From: an uncultured Verrucomicrobiota bacterium
GTDB taxonomy: Bacteria; Verrucomicrobiota; Verrucomicrobiia; Limisphaerales; J093
NCBI GenBank assembly: GCA_964568145.1
Contig: CAZMOZ010000001.1
Span: 195,536 to 259,535, forward strand
Reading direction: 5' to 3'
Length of the DNA: 64,000 bases
Part shown: one piece after another, positions 16,208 through 25,500 of the stretch
Numbering within the stretch: the stretch's first letter is position 1
How the letters are laid out: each line of letters starts with the position of its first letter
The notes under the pieces: generated by a model
Seen by the model: only the letters and a program-made list of their open reading frames with translations
Databases searched by the model: none
What the model was told of the DNA's origin: nothing
Translations under genes and position numbers: made by a program

Positions 16208-18193
16208 TCAGCGCGGGCCGCCGGTCAAGCGGGCAAGTTCCTGTCCGGCATGGGTGCGGGTCGGGTCAAGGCGCACCGCCGCCCGCAAATGCCGGATGGC
16301 TTCGGCCGCGCGCGCCTGCCGGGCGTGCAGCAAGCCCAGGCCTTCATGCGACCGGGCGTGGTCCGGGTTCAGTTCGAGCGCCCGGCGAAATTCGGCCCCG
16401 GCTTCGGCAGTCTTGCCCATTTGAACCAGAATCTGCGCGCTCTCGAAACTGGCGGTCGGATCGTGCGGCAGCCGCGCCGCGACCTCGCGCCATTGGGCCA
16501 ACGCGGGCTCCGGCTGACCGGCGGCGAGAAGCGTGCGCGCCAGCAGCGCGTGCAAGACCGGGTCGTCCGGCGCTCCGGCGAGGGCTTCCCGGACGATCCG
16601 GGCCGCCTGCTGGCGCGCGCCCGGCTTGGCCTCGCCGCGGAGTTCTTCCAGGCGCCGGGCCAGCCGCGCCAGCCGCCCGGCGTCGTCAAGCTGACGGCGG
16701 TAGATCGGTTCCTCGAAGCGGCGGCGCATCACCTCACAAATGTCGCGCTCTTGGCCGGGCGAGTAGCCTAGCCGCCGCGCGCTTTCCGCCTCGGAGAGCC
16801 ACGCGGTGTCCGGAGCGGCCCGCGCGGTGATCGCGGACGGCAGCAACGCAGCGATGGCTTCGGCTGACGCGCGCGCCAGCCGGTAGTTGCCGGTGAAGTT
16901 GAAATGGACATGCTCGTAAAACCATTCCTCGCCCGGCACACCGTCCGGCGTCGCCTCCGCAAGGACCCGCTCGGCGTCGAGCAGTTGCACGCCTTGCGCC
17001 GCGCCCGCGCGGGCTGCGTCACGGATGATGCCGTTCAGCCGGCGGTCGGCGCGGAAACGCAAGGTGTCGAGGTCGCGCGCGCGCGCGAAATGTTCCCGCG
17101 CTTCGCGGGCTTTGCCCAAGGCCAGCGCGCAACGCCCCCGACGGAAGTGCAGATCCGCAAAACGGTCGTCCTCGCCGGCCGCCTGCTCGTAGGCACGCAA
17201 GGCTTCGTCGAAGCCGCCACGCGCCTCGGCCGCGACGCCCGCCTGGTACAACGCGCCCCAGGCCGCGAGTTGCTCCGGGGTCAGGTCCGCGCGGTGCAGC
17301 GACCCGAACGGTGCGCAGTCGCGAAGGTTCGAGGCCACGGTGCTCAGGACAACGCGCGCGCGGGCGCCGAGGCCGAGCCGGACGATGTCCGCGAGATTGC
17401 GCTCGAAGTTCGCGTACACCGCGGCCAGCCGCGGGTCGTCCGGGCTGACTTGGTGGTTCAGAAACATGGTCATGCCGCCCCAGCCCCGGGCGGCCGCCTC
17501 GGAGCGGCGCAGCGATTCGACGAGCGTCGCGCACAACTGGCCCACGCGCGTGGTCTTGAGCGCCAGGCTGGCGCGGATGACCGGCAGTGGCGGCGTCCAC
17601 CGGCTGAACACGGGCGCGAGGCCGTACGGGCCGATGACCTCGTTGTTGCCCATGTACACGAGCCAGAGATCGCCATGAAGTCCGGCACATTGGCGGGCGA
17701 TGGGCAGGATGACGTGCGAGTTGATGGCCGTGAACGCGGTGTTGACCACCTCGAAGCGGGTGCCGGGATAACGCGCACGCAGCAGCACTTCGAGGATGCG
17801 CGCGAAGCCGAACGGCGGCGCGGGATCGCCCTCCGCCGCCGATTCGCCGAATACGAAGATGCGGTATGTGTCCGGCGGCTTTGCCGGCACGAGCACGACC
17901 GGATCGGGCGGCCGAGCCAGGGTGGGCGGGATGAAGCGCCAGGCGAAGCGCTGGTTCTCGACCAGCCGGCCGGGCGCGGCCGGATGCGGCACGAAGTAAT
18001 CGGTCGCGTAGCCGTGGCCCGACAGACGCAACGCCAGTTCGGCCAACGCCAGCAGGAGCGGAATCAGCAAGAACGCCGCGACCGGAAACCACCAGCGCCG
18101 CCGCCGCGCAGCTTGTGACGGCGAGGACAGTGCCGCGCTTGTGGCGGCGCGCGCTTCGATCGGCGGAGGCGAAGACTGGCGGGATTTCCTCAT
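16208..18193 (-). CDS. membrane-anchored SGNH/GDSL-like hydrolase domain + TPR repeat protein
   Basis: 661 aa. It has an N-terminal TM helix (WWFPVAAFLLIPLLLALAELAL), an SGNH-like block (YRIFVFGESAAEGDP ... LWLVYMGNNEV) and C-terminal TPR repeats (AEAGAEFRRALELNPDHARSHEGLGLL). Its ATG overlaps the stop of the upstream gene (ATGA at 18190-18193). Confidence 0.75.
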   Translation of the reverse strand: MRKSRQSSPPPIEARAATSAALSSPSQAARRRRWWFPVAAFLLIPLLLALAELALRLSGHGYATDYFVPHPAAPGRLVENQRFAWRFIPPTLARPPDPVVLVPAKPPDTYRIFVFGESAAEGDPAPPFGFARILEVLLRARYPGTRFEVVNTAFTAINSHVILPIARQCAGLHGDLWLVYMGNNEVIGPYGLAPVFSRWTPPLPVIRASLALKTTRVGQLCATLVESLRRSEAAARGWGGMTMFLNHQVSPDDPRLAAVYANFERNLADIVRLGLGARARVVLSTVASNLRDCAPFGSLHRADLTPEQLAAWGALYQAGVAAEARGGFDEALRAYEQAAGEDDRFADLHFRRGRCALALGKAREAREHFARARDLDTLRFRADRRLNGIIRDAARAGAAQGVQLLDAERVLAEATPDGVPGEEWFYEHVHFNFTGNYRLARASAEAIAALLPSAITARAAPDTAWLSEAESARRLGYSPGQERDICEVMRRRFEEPIYRRQLDDAGRLARLARRLEELRGEAKPGARQQAARIVREALAGAPDDPVLHALLARTLLAAGQPEPALAQWREVAARLPHDPTASFESAQILVQMGKTAEAGAEFRRALELNPDHARSHEGLGLLHARQARAAEAIRHLRAAVRLDPTRTHAGQELARLTGGPR

Positions 18194-21100
18194 TCCGGCA
18201 TCGGCGCAACTCGCGTGGCCTCGCGACGAGGAGTGACGCGCACACGGCCTTCAAAATCCACGGTGAGTTCGCGCGCGCCTGCGGGCACGGGCGTCACGGC
18301 TTCACGTCCGCCTGGCCAGCGTACCCAGAGCTGGTCTGGTTCGCCTGCCGCCGCCAGCACCTGGACCGCGCTGTCCTGGGACCAGTAGCCGGCGCCGGCG
18401 CGGATTTCGCGCGCGGGTCCGAGACGCCCGCCCGCGCCCAGCCGCAGCACGGAGCCGATGGCCGCGAGATTGGCCGGCGGGCCGGTCAGACGCACGCGCA
18501 GGCCGGGACGCGCGCCGATGTTTTCGTAAAGGCAGGTGGCGGTTCCGTTCTGGCTCACGGCCAGGTCCACCCGGCCATCGGCGTTGAAGTCGCCCACAGC
18601 CGCGCCGCGCTGTTCGCCATAAACCAGCACGCCGGATTCCTGACCCGTCATGGGCGTCAGGTTGCCGCGGCCGTCGCCGCGCAGCCAGAGTCCCCGGCCG
18701 GCGTCCAGGCGCGGCCATTCGGGCCGGAATGCAAACCAGTTCTGACTCAGAAACACATCCTCATGTCCGTCGCCGTCCGTGTCGGCCACGCACACGGCGC
18801 AGGCCGGGGCCCACTGGGCTTCGCGGGGCAGCGGCACCGCCTGGAAGTGATCGCCGCGGTTCAGGAACAAGGTGGTGGCGAGCGTGTTTGCTGCGGCCAC
18901 GGCCGGTCGCGCGGGCAGGAGCGCGATCACGTCCGCCACGGTCGCGGTGCTGAAGGCGGCGTGGGTCGGGTAGCGCGCGCGGAGAAACGGCAGGGCCTGG
19001 CTGAGCGCATTGAGGTTCCGGCGCGGCATTTCCGTGGTGAGTTCGTCGGGAAAGTACGCCTCGAGCACGTCCACCACACCCTGACCGCCGAGGTCGCCGT
19101 AATAGACGCGCAACGGCCGGTCGAAGCTGGCCTGCGCGGCGTCGTTCCATCCCCAGTTGCCGGCGATCAAATCCAGCCGCCCGTCTTCGTCAAAATCACC
19201 CGCCGCCACGCCGCTCCACCAGCCGGTGAGTTCTGAGAGGGTCGAGGGCTGAGGGGCGGGGGGCGAGCGCGGCGCGAGGCTGGCGAGGTTGGCAGGCCAC
19301 GTCAGCGCTGGATTCCAAGCGCTCAGACTGCCGCGGTCGTTGCGGAAAATGCGAAGCGGCCCCCACTCGCACGCCAGCACCAGTTCAGGCAGACCGTCGC
19401 CGGTGAGGTCGGTCCACTGCGCGCCGGAAACAAGACCGACCTTTTCCAGCAACCGGCTGGCCGTGGCGTCCAGCGTCCAGCCGTCTTCCGAGAGGCGGAA
19501 CAGGCGTGAACTGGCCGGCGCCGGCCAGGCTCCCGGCAACACGCGTCCGCCGACAAACAGCGCGAGATTTCCCTGGCCGTCGAGGTCAGCCATCGCCAGC
19601 GGACCCGGGCTGGCGCCAGCCAGCGTCACGTTGGTCAAAGCCGTGGCAACCGGTGGCCGGCCGGGCGCGAAACTCCACTGAATCACCGCCGGGCCATTCG
19701 TGGCGCCGGTTTCGTAGCTGGCCAGCGCGGTGAGCAACAGATTCGTGCCACCGGCCATCGGCCATGCGACCAGCCCGGCCAGGTCATCCGGCACCGGGCC
19801 GAGCCCGGCGGCGACGGCGGGTTGGAAATCGCCGGCATGGTCCTGTCGGGAGACGCCCAGCGCGCCGTCGCGGCCAGCGCCCACCACCAGTTCATCGCGG
19901 CCATCGCCGTCCATGTCCACCCAAGCCACGCCCGGGCCCAGCTGGCTGAGCAACCGCGTCAACAACGGCTGACGGGCGAAGTCGTTGAAGAGTTCTTCGT
20001 GATGGGTGTGGCGGAGACGATGGCTGATGTCGCGGAACAGTGGCTGGTGCGAGGTGTGAGGCGTGAGATCCGCGGTGCCTGGTGCTTGGTGCTTGGTGCT
20101 TGGTGGTTTGTTTGCGGTTCGTGGCTCCGCTTCAACCGGCAACTGATTACTGGCAACTGAAGAGTGACCACCTGGCGCTGGCGGTTCTTGAATTTCGTAC
20201 AACCGGTTCGGAGCGGCATCAGCTAAGACGCTGCGCCGGCCGCTGCGCCAGCGCACTTCGAGGGTCAGACGGTTGGTGGGGCTGCCAGCCGCGAAGACCA
20301 GTTGGCTGTCGCTGCCGGACAGGTAATGGCCGCCGCAGCGCATTTCCTGCATCTGCATCGGCACCGCGCCGCCGAGCACGCGCACCCGCGCGCCGAAGCC
20401 GGCCCGGTTGGGCGGCTCGCCGCGCAGGCGCACCGCGACCCGCGCCGCCGCGCTGTCGAACCGGTGGAGCCCGGCGCCGCCGTTGATGCCGTTCACCGCC
20501 AGGTCCAGGTCGCCGTCGTGGTCGAAATCCGCAAAGGCGAAGCCCTGCGTGATCTGCGTCGAGTCGAAGCCCCAGGCCCAGCTCACGTCCTCGAAGGTCA
20601 GGTCGCGGCGGTTGCGGAACGCGAGGTTCGGCGAGAGAAACGGCGGGTACAGCAGCAGATTCGTGCGGGCTTGTTCCGGGGCTTGCCGGCCCAGACCGCG
20701 CACGCGGTCCAGCACGTCGCGATCCTGCACGTCGAACATCATGCCGTTGCCGATCAACAGGTCCTCGTAGCCGTCGAGGTCCACGTCGAGGAAGACCGGC
20801 TGCCAGGACCAGTCGGTGGCGGGCACGCCGGCGTACGAGGCGATCTCTGCGAAGGTGCCGTCGCCGCGATTGTGGAACAGCGTGTTCCGGGCGATCTCGG
20901 GGCGGTTGTCCACGCGGCCGGGTACGGGAACCAGCGGCGCCATGCCCACGATCTGGCGCATCCGCAGGCGGTGTTCGCGGCTCATCATCTCCGTGGCCAT
21001 GAAGTCCAGGAAGCCGTCGCGGTCGAGGTCCGCGAAATCCACGCCCATCGAGGAGAAGCTTTGCTTGCGCAGGGCCAGCCGGGGCAGCGCGCGGAAGCGG

Positions 21101-22065
21101 CCGGCGCCGTCGTTGAGCCAGATGCGGTCCACGGTCTGGAAATCGTTGCATACGTAGATGTCCGGCGCGCCGTCGTCGTTGAGGTCCCGCATCTGAACCG
21201 AAAGGCCGAAATCCCACGGCTCGGACTTGGGGTTGCCTTCCTCGTCGAGGAAGTGCGCGGAGTTCCACGGCACCGCCTGGAAGCGGCCGCGTCCGTCGTT
21301 GAGGTACAGCACGTCCGGCTCGCCCACTTCCTCGAGCCGGCCTTCGATGAAACGCAGCCGCTTCGCGTGCGGCCCGGTCACCACCCACTGGCCGTTGACC
21401 TGCCGCATCTCCGCGCGGCCGCCCGAGCGCAGGATCGAGAGCGCGCCGTAGTTCGCGACGTACAGGTCCAGATCGCCGTCGCCGTCCACGTCGGCCATCG
21501 CCAGGCTGGTGCTGCCGGTATCGGAGACCAGGCCGGCCCCGGCGGTGACCTCTCGGAATTGGCCGTCGCCTTGGTTGAGAAGGCAATGCACGCCGGTGCC
21601 CAGCGTGGCGACCAGCAGGTCCAGCCGGCCGTCGCCATCGCAGTCCGCGAACAACGCGCCAGTCGAGTGCAAGCCGGTCAGACCCACCCCAGTGCGCGCG
21701 GTTACGTCCGCGAAACGCCAGCCGCCCAGGTTGCGGTACAGCGCGTTGGTGCCGGTGATGGCGCAAAAGTACAGGTCGCACCAGCCGTCGCTGTCGAAAT
21801 CGCCCGCCGCCACGCCCGAGCCGTTCATGAAGTTGTTGTTGGCGGCGGCGAGCCCGGCCGGCAGCGGGTTTTCAAAACGCAGTCCGGTGGTTTCCGGGCC
21901 CAGCCGCGTGAAGCCGACCCGGTCCGAGGCCGACACCTCCAAGTCGGCGCTCTGGAAACCGTTGCCCGGCTCCCAGTGCAACGGTGCGGCGCCGGCGAGG
22001 TGAACCGCGCCGGCGGAGAGCAACAGTCCCAGCAGACACAGCCGGCTTGCTAACCAGGCGGGCAT
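18190..22065 (-). CDS. double-module FG-GAP/VCBS beta-propeller + UnbV/ASPIC protein (CRTAC1-like), secreted
   Basis: ATG 22065 gives MPAWLASRLCLLGLLLSAGAVHLAGA; the track starts at GTG 22074. There are many DxDGDG-type blades (DFDSDGWCDLYF, DCDGDGRLDLLV, DVDGDGDLDLYV ...). UnbV-like blocks occur twice: GARVRVLGG...RCGGHYLSGSD...VRWRSGRRS and GSVLRL...RAGAGYWSQDSAVQVL...VRWPGGRE. Confidence 0.85.
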   Translation of the reverse strand: MPAWLASRLCLLGLLLSAGAVHLAGAAPLHWEPGNGFQSADLEVSASDRVGFTRLGPETTGLRFENPLPAGLAAANNNFMNGSGVAAGDFDSDGWCDLYFCAITGTNALYRNLGGWRFADVTARTGVGLTGLHSTGALFADCDGDGRLDLLVATLGTGVHCLLNQGDGQFREVTAGAGLVSDTGSTSLAMADVDGDGDLDLYVANYGALSILRSGGRAEMRQVNGQWVVTGPHAKRLRFIEGRLEEVGEPDVLYLNDGRGRFQAVPWNSAHFLDEEGNPKSEPWDFGLSVQMRDLNDDGAPDIYVCNDFQTVDRIWLNDGAGRFRALPRLALRKQSFSSMGVDFADLDRDGFLDFMATEMMSREHRLRMRQIVGMAPLVPVPGRVDNRPEIARNTLFHNRGDGTFAEIASYAGVPATDWSWQPVFLDVDLDGYEDLLIGNGMMFDVQDRDVLDRVRGLGRQAPEQARTNLLLYPPFLSPNLAFRNRRDLTFEDVSWAWGFDSTQITQGFAFADFDHDGDLDLAVNGINGGAGLHRFDSAAARVAVRLRGEPPNRAGFGARVRVLGGAVPMQMQEMRCGGHYLSGSDSQLVFAAGSPTNRLTLEVRWRSGRRSVLADAAPNRLYEIQEPPAPGGHSSVASNQLPVEAEPRTANKPPSTKHQAPGTADLTPHTSHQPLFRDISHRLRHTHHEELFNDFARQPLLTRLLSQLGPGVAWVDMDGDGRDELVVGAGRDGALGVSRQDHAGDFQPAVAAGLGPVPDDLAGLVAWPMAGGTNLLLTALASYETGATNGPAVIQWSFAPGRPPVATALTNVTLAGASPGPLAMADLDGQGNLALFVGGRVLPGAWPAPASSRLFRLSEDGWTLDATASRLLEKVGLVSGAQWTDLTGDGLPELVLACEWGPLRIFRNDRGSLSAWNPALTWPANLASLAPRSPPAPQPSTLSELTGWWSGVAAGDFDEDGRLDLIAGNWGWNDAAQASFDRPLRVYYGDLGGQGVVDVLEAYFPDELTTEMPRRNLNALSQALPFLRARYPTHAAFSTATVADVIALLPARPAVAAANTLATTLFLNRGDHFQAVPLPREAQWAPACAVCVADTDGDGHEDVFLSQNWFAFRPEWPRLDAGRGLWLRGDGRGNLTPMTGQESGVLVYGEQRGAAVGDFNADGRVDLAVSQNGTATCLYENIGARPGLRVRLTGPPANLAAIGSVLRLGAGGRLGPAREIRAGAGYWSQDSAVQVLAAAGEPDQLWVRWPGGREAVTPVPAGARELTVDFEGRVRVTPRREATRVAPMPE
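20074..20122. repeat. heptanucleotide tandem repeat (GGTGCTT-type) inside the inter-module linker
   Basis: The tract reads GGTGCCT GGTGCTT GGTGCTT GGTGCTT GGTGGTT TGTTTGC GGTTCGT. It encodes PSTKHQAP in the gene frame. Confidence 0.9.
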
Positions 22066-22117
22066 GTCATTCACCCCGGGAACAGGAGTTGGGGATCATG
22101 CCCGCCTCGGGCGTCGC

Positions 22118-22485
22118 TGGAGGCGCCCTCGCCTCCAGCCGCCGGGCGCTTGAGCGGCCAGCCAAAGGCCGAGCGGATTTGAACTTGCGGGGTTTTCGGG
22201 AGCGCGCGCGAACCTGCGTCCGGGAAGGGCGCGTTCCCTCGTTCAACTTTGTTCGGCGGTTTCACCGGGCGATAACCAGCGGCTTGAGCACGCGCGATTC
22301 TGAACATGGAACGCCGCCCGCAGGCAACTTCGCGGTAGCTGGGGAGCACGCCACCGCTGGTGTTGATGGAGGCGCCCGCGCCGCCCGCCGCCGGGCCAGC
22401 AAGCGGCCGGAAAAAGGCGGAGCGGGTTTGAGCCTGCGGGGTTTGCGCGAGGGCGCGTAAACCTGCGCCCGGGGCAGGCGCGATC
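22118..22485. repeat. two ~118-bp direct repeat copies (22118-22235 and 22367-22485) in the intergenic gap between paralogs
   Basis: Both copies begin TGGAGGCGCCC. They share ...GCCGGGC...AGCGGCC...AAAGGC.GAGCGG.TTTGA.C.TGCGGGGTTT...AACCTGCG.CCGGG and are about 80 percent identical by eye. Confidence 0.7.
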
Positions 22486-22505
22486 CCCAACCTCTGTTTT
22501 CGCGC

Positions 22506-25500
22506 TCAGCGGACGACCGTGAGTTCACCCGGCCAGCGAATCTCAACCTCGCGAGCATTCGCCGGCACCTCGATTTCGGTGCGGCGGCCACCCGGCCAGC
22601 TCACTTCCACGCGCGACGGTCCCTCATCGCCGGCCAGCACTTGCACCGCGCTGTCGCTGGACCAGTAGCCGGAGCCGGCGTGAATTTCGCGAGCGGGTCC
22701 GGGGCGGCCGGCGCTCCATCGCCGCAGCACCGCCCCCACGCCGGTTGAGTTGCCGGGCGGGCCGGTTAAACGCACGCGCAGGCCAGGTCGTGCGCCAACG
22801 TTCCGAAACAAGCGCGTGGCGTTGCCATTTTGGGTGACCACCAGATCTACGCGACCGTCGCCGTCGAAATCGCCCGCGGCCGCGCCGCGCTGCTCGCCAT
22901 AGACCGCGACCCCGCTGTCCCAGCCCGACACTGGTTCGAAGCCGCCCCGGCCATCGCCTCGCAGCCAGAGGCCCCGGCCGGCGTCGCAGCGCGGCAGCTT
23001 GGGCTGGGTGGCAAAGAAATTCTGGCTCAGGAACACGTCTTCGCCGCCATCGCCGTCCATGTCGGCCACGCCCGCCGCGAAGGCCGGCGCCCACTGGGCA
23101 TCGCGCGGCAGCGGGACGGCGGTGAAATGATCGCCGTGATTCAGGAAGAGCATCGAGGCGAGCGTGTTCGCTTCGAGCCGCCGGGCATTGGCGAGGGCCG
23201 GGCCGAGCACGTCCGCCACCGTGGCCCGGCCAAAGGCGGCGTGGGTCGGAAAATTGGCGCGCACCGCCGGCCAGCCGGCCGCCAGCGAATCCAGGTCGCG
23301 CTCCGGCATTTCCTGGCCGGTCTCCAGCGCCCGCGAGGCCTCGAGCAGTTGCAGCGCGCCGCTGCCATCGAAATCGCCGAAGTACAGCCGGTACGGCGCC
23401 GCCGGTGAGGCGCGCTGGACGATGTTGAGCCCCCAGTTCGTGGCGAGCAAATCCTGGTCGCCGTCGCCGTCGAAATCACCGGTGGTGACGCCGTTCCACC
23501 AGCCGGTGAGCGCGGAAAGGGACGAGGGGAGAGGGGTGAGGGAAGAGACAGGCACGGGTTTGGTCGCACCACCAGCCCAGGTCAGCGGGGGATGCCATTC
23601 GGTCAAGGTCCCCCGGTCGTTGCGGAAAATGCGAAGCGGCCCCCACTCGCACGCCAGCGCCAGTTCCGGCCAGCCGTCGCCGTTCAGATCGGTCCACACC
23701 GCGCCACAGACCAGACCCGCCGCCGTCAGGCGCGCGGTGTTCGCGGTGTCCAACTCCCAGCCGGCGCCTTGCCGTCGCCAAATCTGGGATTGTGCCGGCT
23801 CGGGGTAGCGACCCGGCACGCTGCGGCCGCCCACGAACAAATCCAACGCGCCGTCGCCGTCCAGATCGCCCAGCGCCAGCGGTCCCGGGGTCGAAGCCGA
23901 GGCGGGCACGACGTCCAGGACGTTGGTCTGTCCCGGCACCCACCAGCCGACCGCGCCGCCTGTGGCCTGGCCATCCTCATAGTTGGCGGCGCCAACCAGC
24001 AAGCCGCGCGTGCCGTCCGGCTCCACCATGCCCACAATGGCCGTTTGATCGCGCGCCAGGGTCTGGTTCCAAGGGGGTCCGGACAGCCGCGCGAAGCCGC
24101 CTTGCCGGTCGTTGCGAAAGACCGCGAGTGTTCCGCCCCGGCCGCCGCCCACGATCAGGTCGTCCCAACTGTCGCCGTCCAGGTCGAACCAGCACACGCC
24201 AGGACCGGCCTGGCTGAGCCGGCGCGGCAACAACGGCTGGCGGGCGAAGTCATCGAAGGGTGCTTCGGAGTGGCGGTGGTTGAGGAGCGCCGAGACGTCC
24301 TGAAACAGAGGCGCCGGGGGGACTGGTGACTGGTGAGCGGTGGCTTGGGGCCCGGGACATGGGACTTCGGACTCCGAACCAGGCTCTTCGATTTCATACA
24401 GGCAGTTCGGCTGGGCCCCGGGCACGACGCTCCGCCGGCCGCTGCGCCAGGTGACTTCGATCCGCAGCCTGTTGGTCATTGCGCCGGCGGCGAACACCCG
24501 GAGCGTTTCGTCGCAAGACAGGTACCGCCCGCCGCACATCATCTCCTGGCTTTGCGGCACCGGCCCGCCGCTCACGGTGATCCTTGCGCCGATGCCCGCG
24601 GTGTTGGGTGGCCGGCCTTTCAGGCGAACCGCCAGACGCGGCGCCGGGGACTCGTTGCCATACAGTCCGAGCGGCCCGTTCAGGTTGCTGACGACCAGGT
24701 CCAGGTCGCCGTCGTTGTCGAGGTCAGCCAGGGCCATGCCTTGCGAGACGCCGACCTGGTCAAAGCCCCAGGCCTGGCCGCACTCGGCGAAGGTCAGGTT
24801 GCCCCGGTTGCGGAAAGCGAGGTTGGCCTGGGCCAACGGCGGCAGCATGAGCAGCTTGCCGGGAATCTGGCTTGGCGGGTACGGGCCGCGGGCCGCGATG
24901 CGCGCTTGGGCGTCGAGGTCCTGTGTGTCGAACATGTGCCCGGTGGCGGCGAGCAAATCCTCGAAGCCGTCCAGATCCACGTCGAGGAACAGCACGGACC
25001 AGTTCCATTCGGAGTCCTCCAGGCCGGCGTAGCAGGCCACCTCGGCGTAGGTGCCGTCGCCGCGGTTCCATTGCAGCACGGTGCGGTCGAGTTGCGGCCG
25101 GTCATCGAACACGCCCGGGATGATCTCGTACGGCGCCATGCCGGCGATCTGCATGAGCCGGCGGCCGCGCGCGCGGCTGGTCATGTCCGAGACCAGCAGG
25201 TCATCGCGCCCGTCGCGGTCCACGTCCGCGAAGTCCACCGCCATGGAAAACGTGGCGGTGTGACGCAGCGCCAGTCGGGGAATGGCGCGGAAGCGGCCCC
25301 GCCCGTCGTTGAGCCAGACGCGGTCGGGTGAATGAAAATCGTTGCAGACATACAGGTCGGGATGACCGTCGCCGTTCAAGTCGCGGAAGGCCGCGGTCAG
25401 GCCCCAGTCACGCGGCGCCGCGCGCAGCGGGCGGCCGTCTTCGTCGAGGAAGGCGCCGTCCGTCCAGGACACGGGCTGGAAGCGGCCGCGGCCGTCGTTG

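Noticed and set aside
20074-20122. Short tandem repeats (here and at 27923, 42136 and 57646) as a possible CRISPR array
   Set aside because: The units are 7 nt with no spacers, several lie inside coding sequence, and there are no cas genes. They are microsatellite-like heptamers, not CRISPR.
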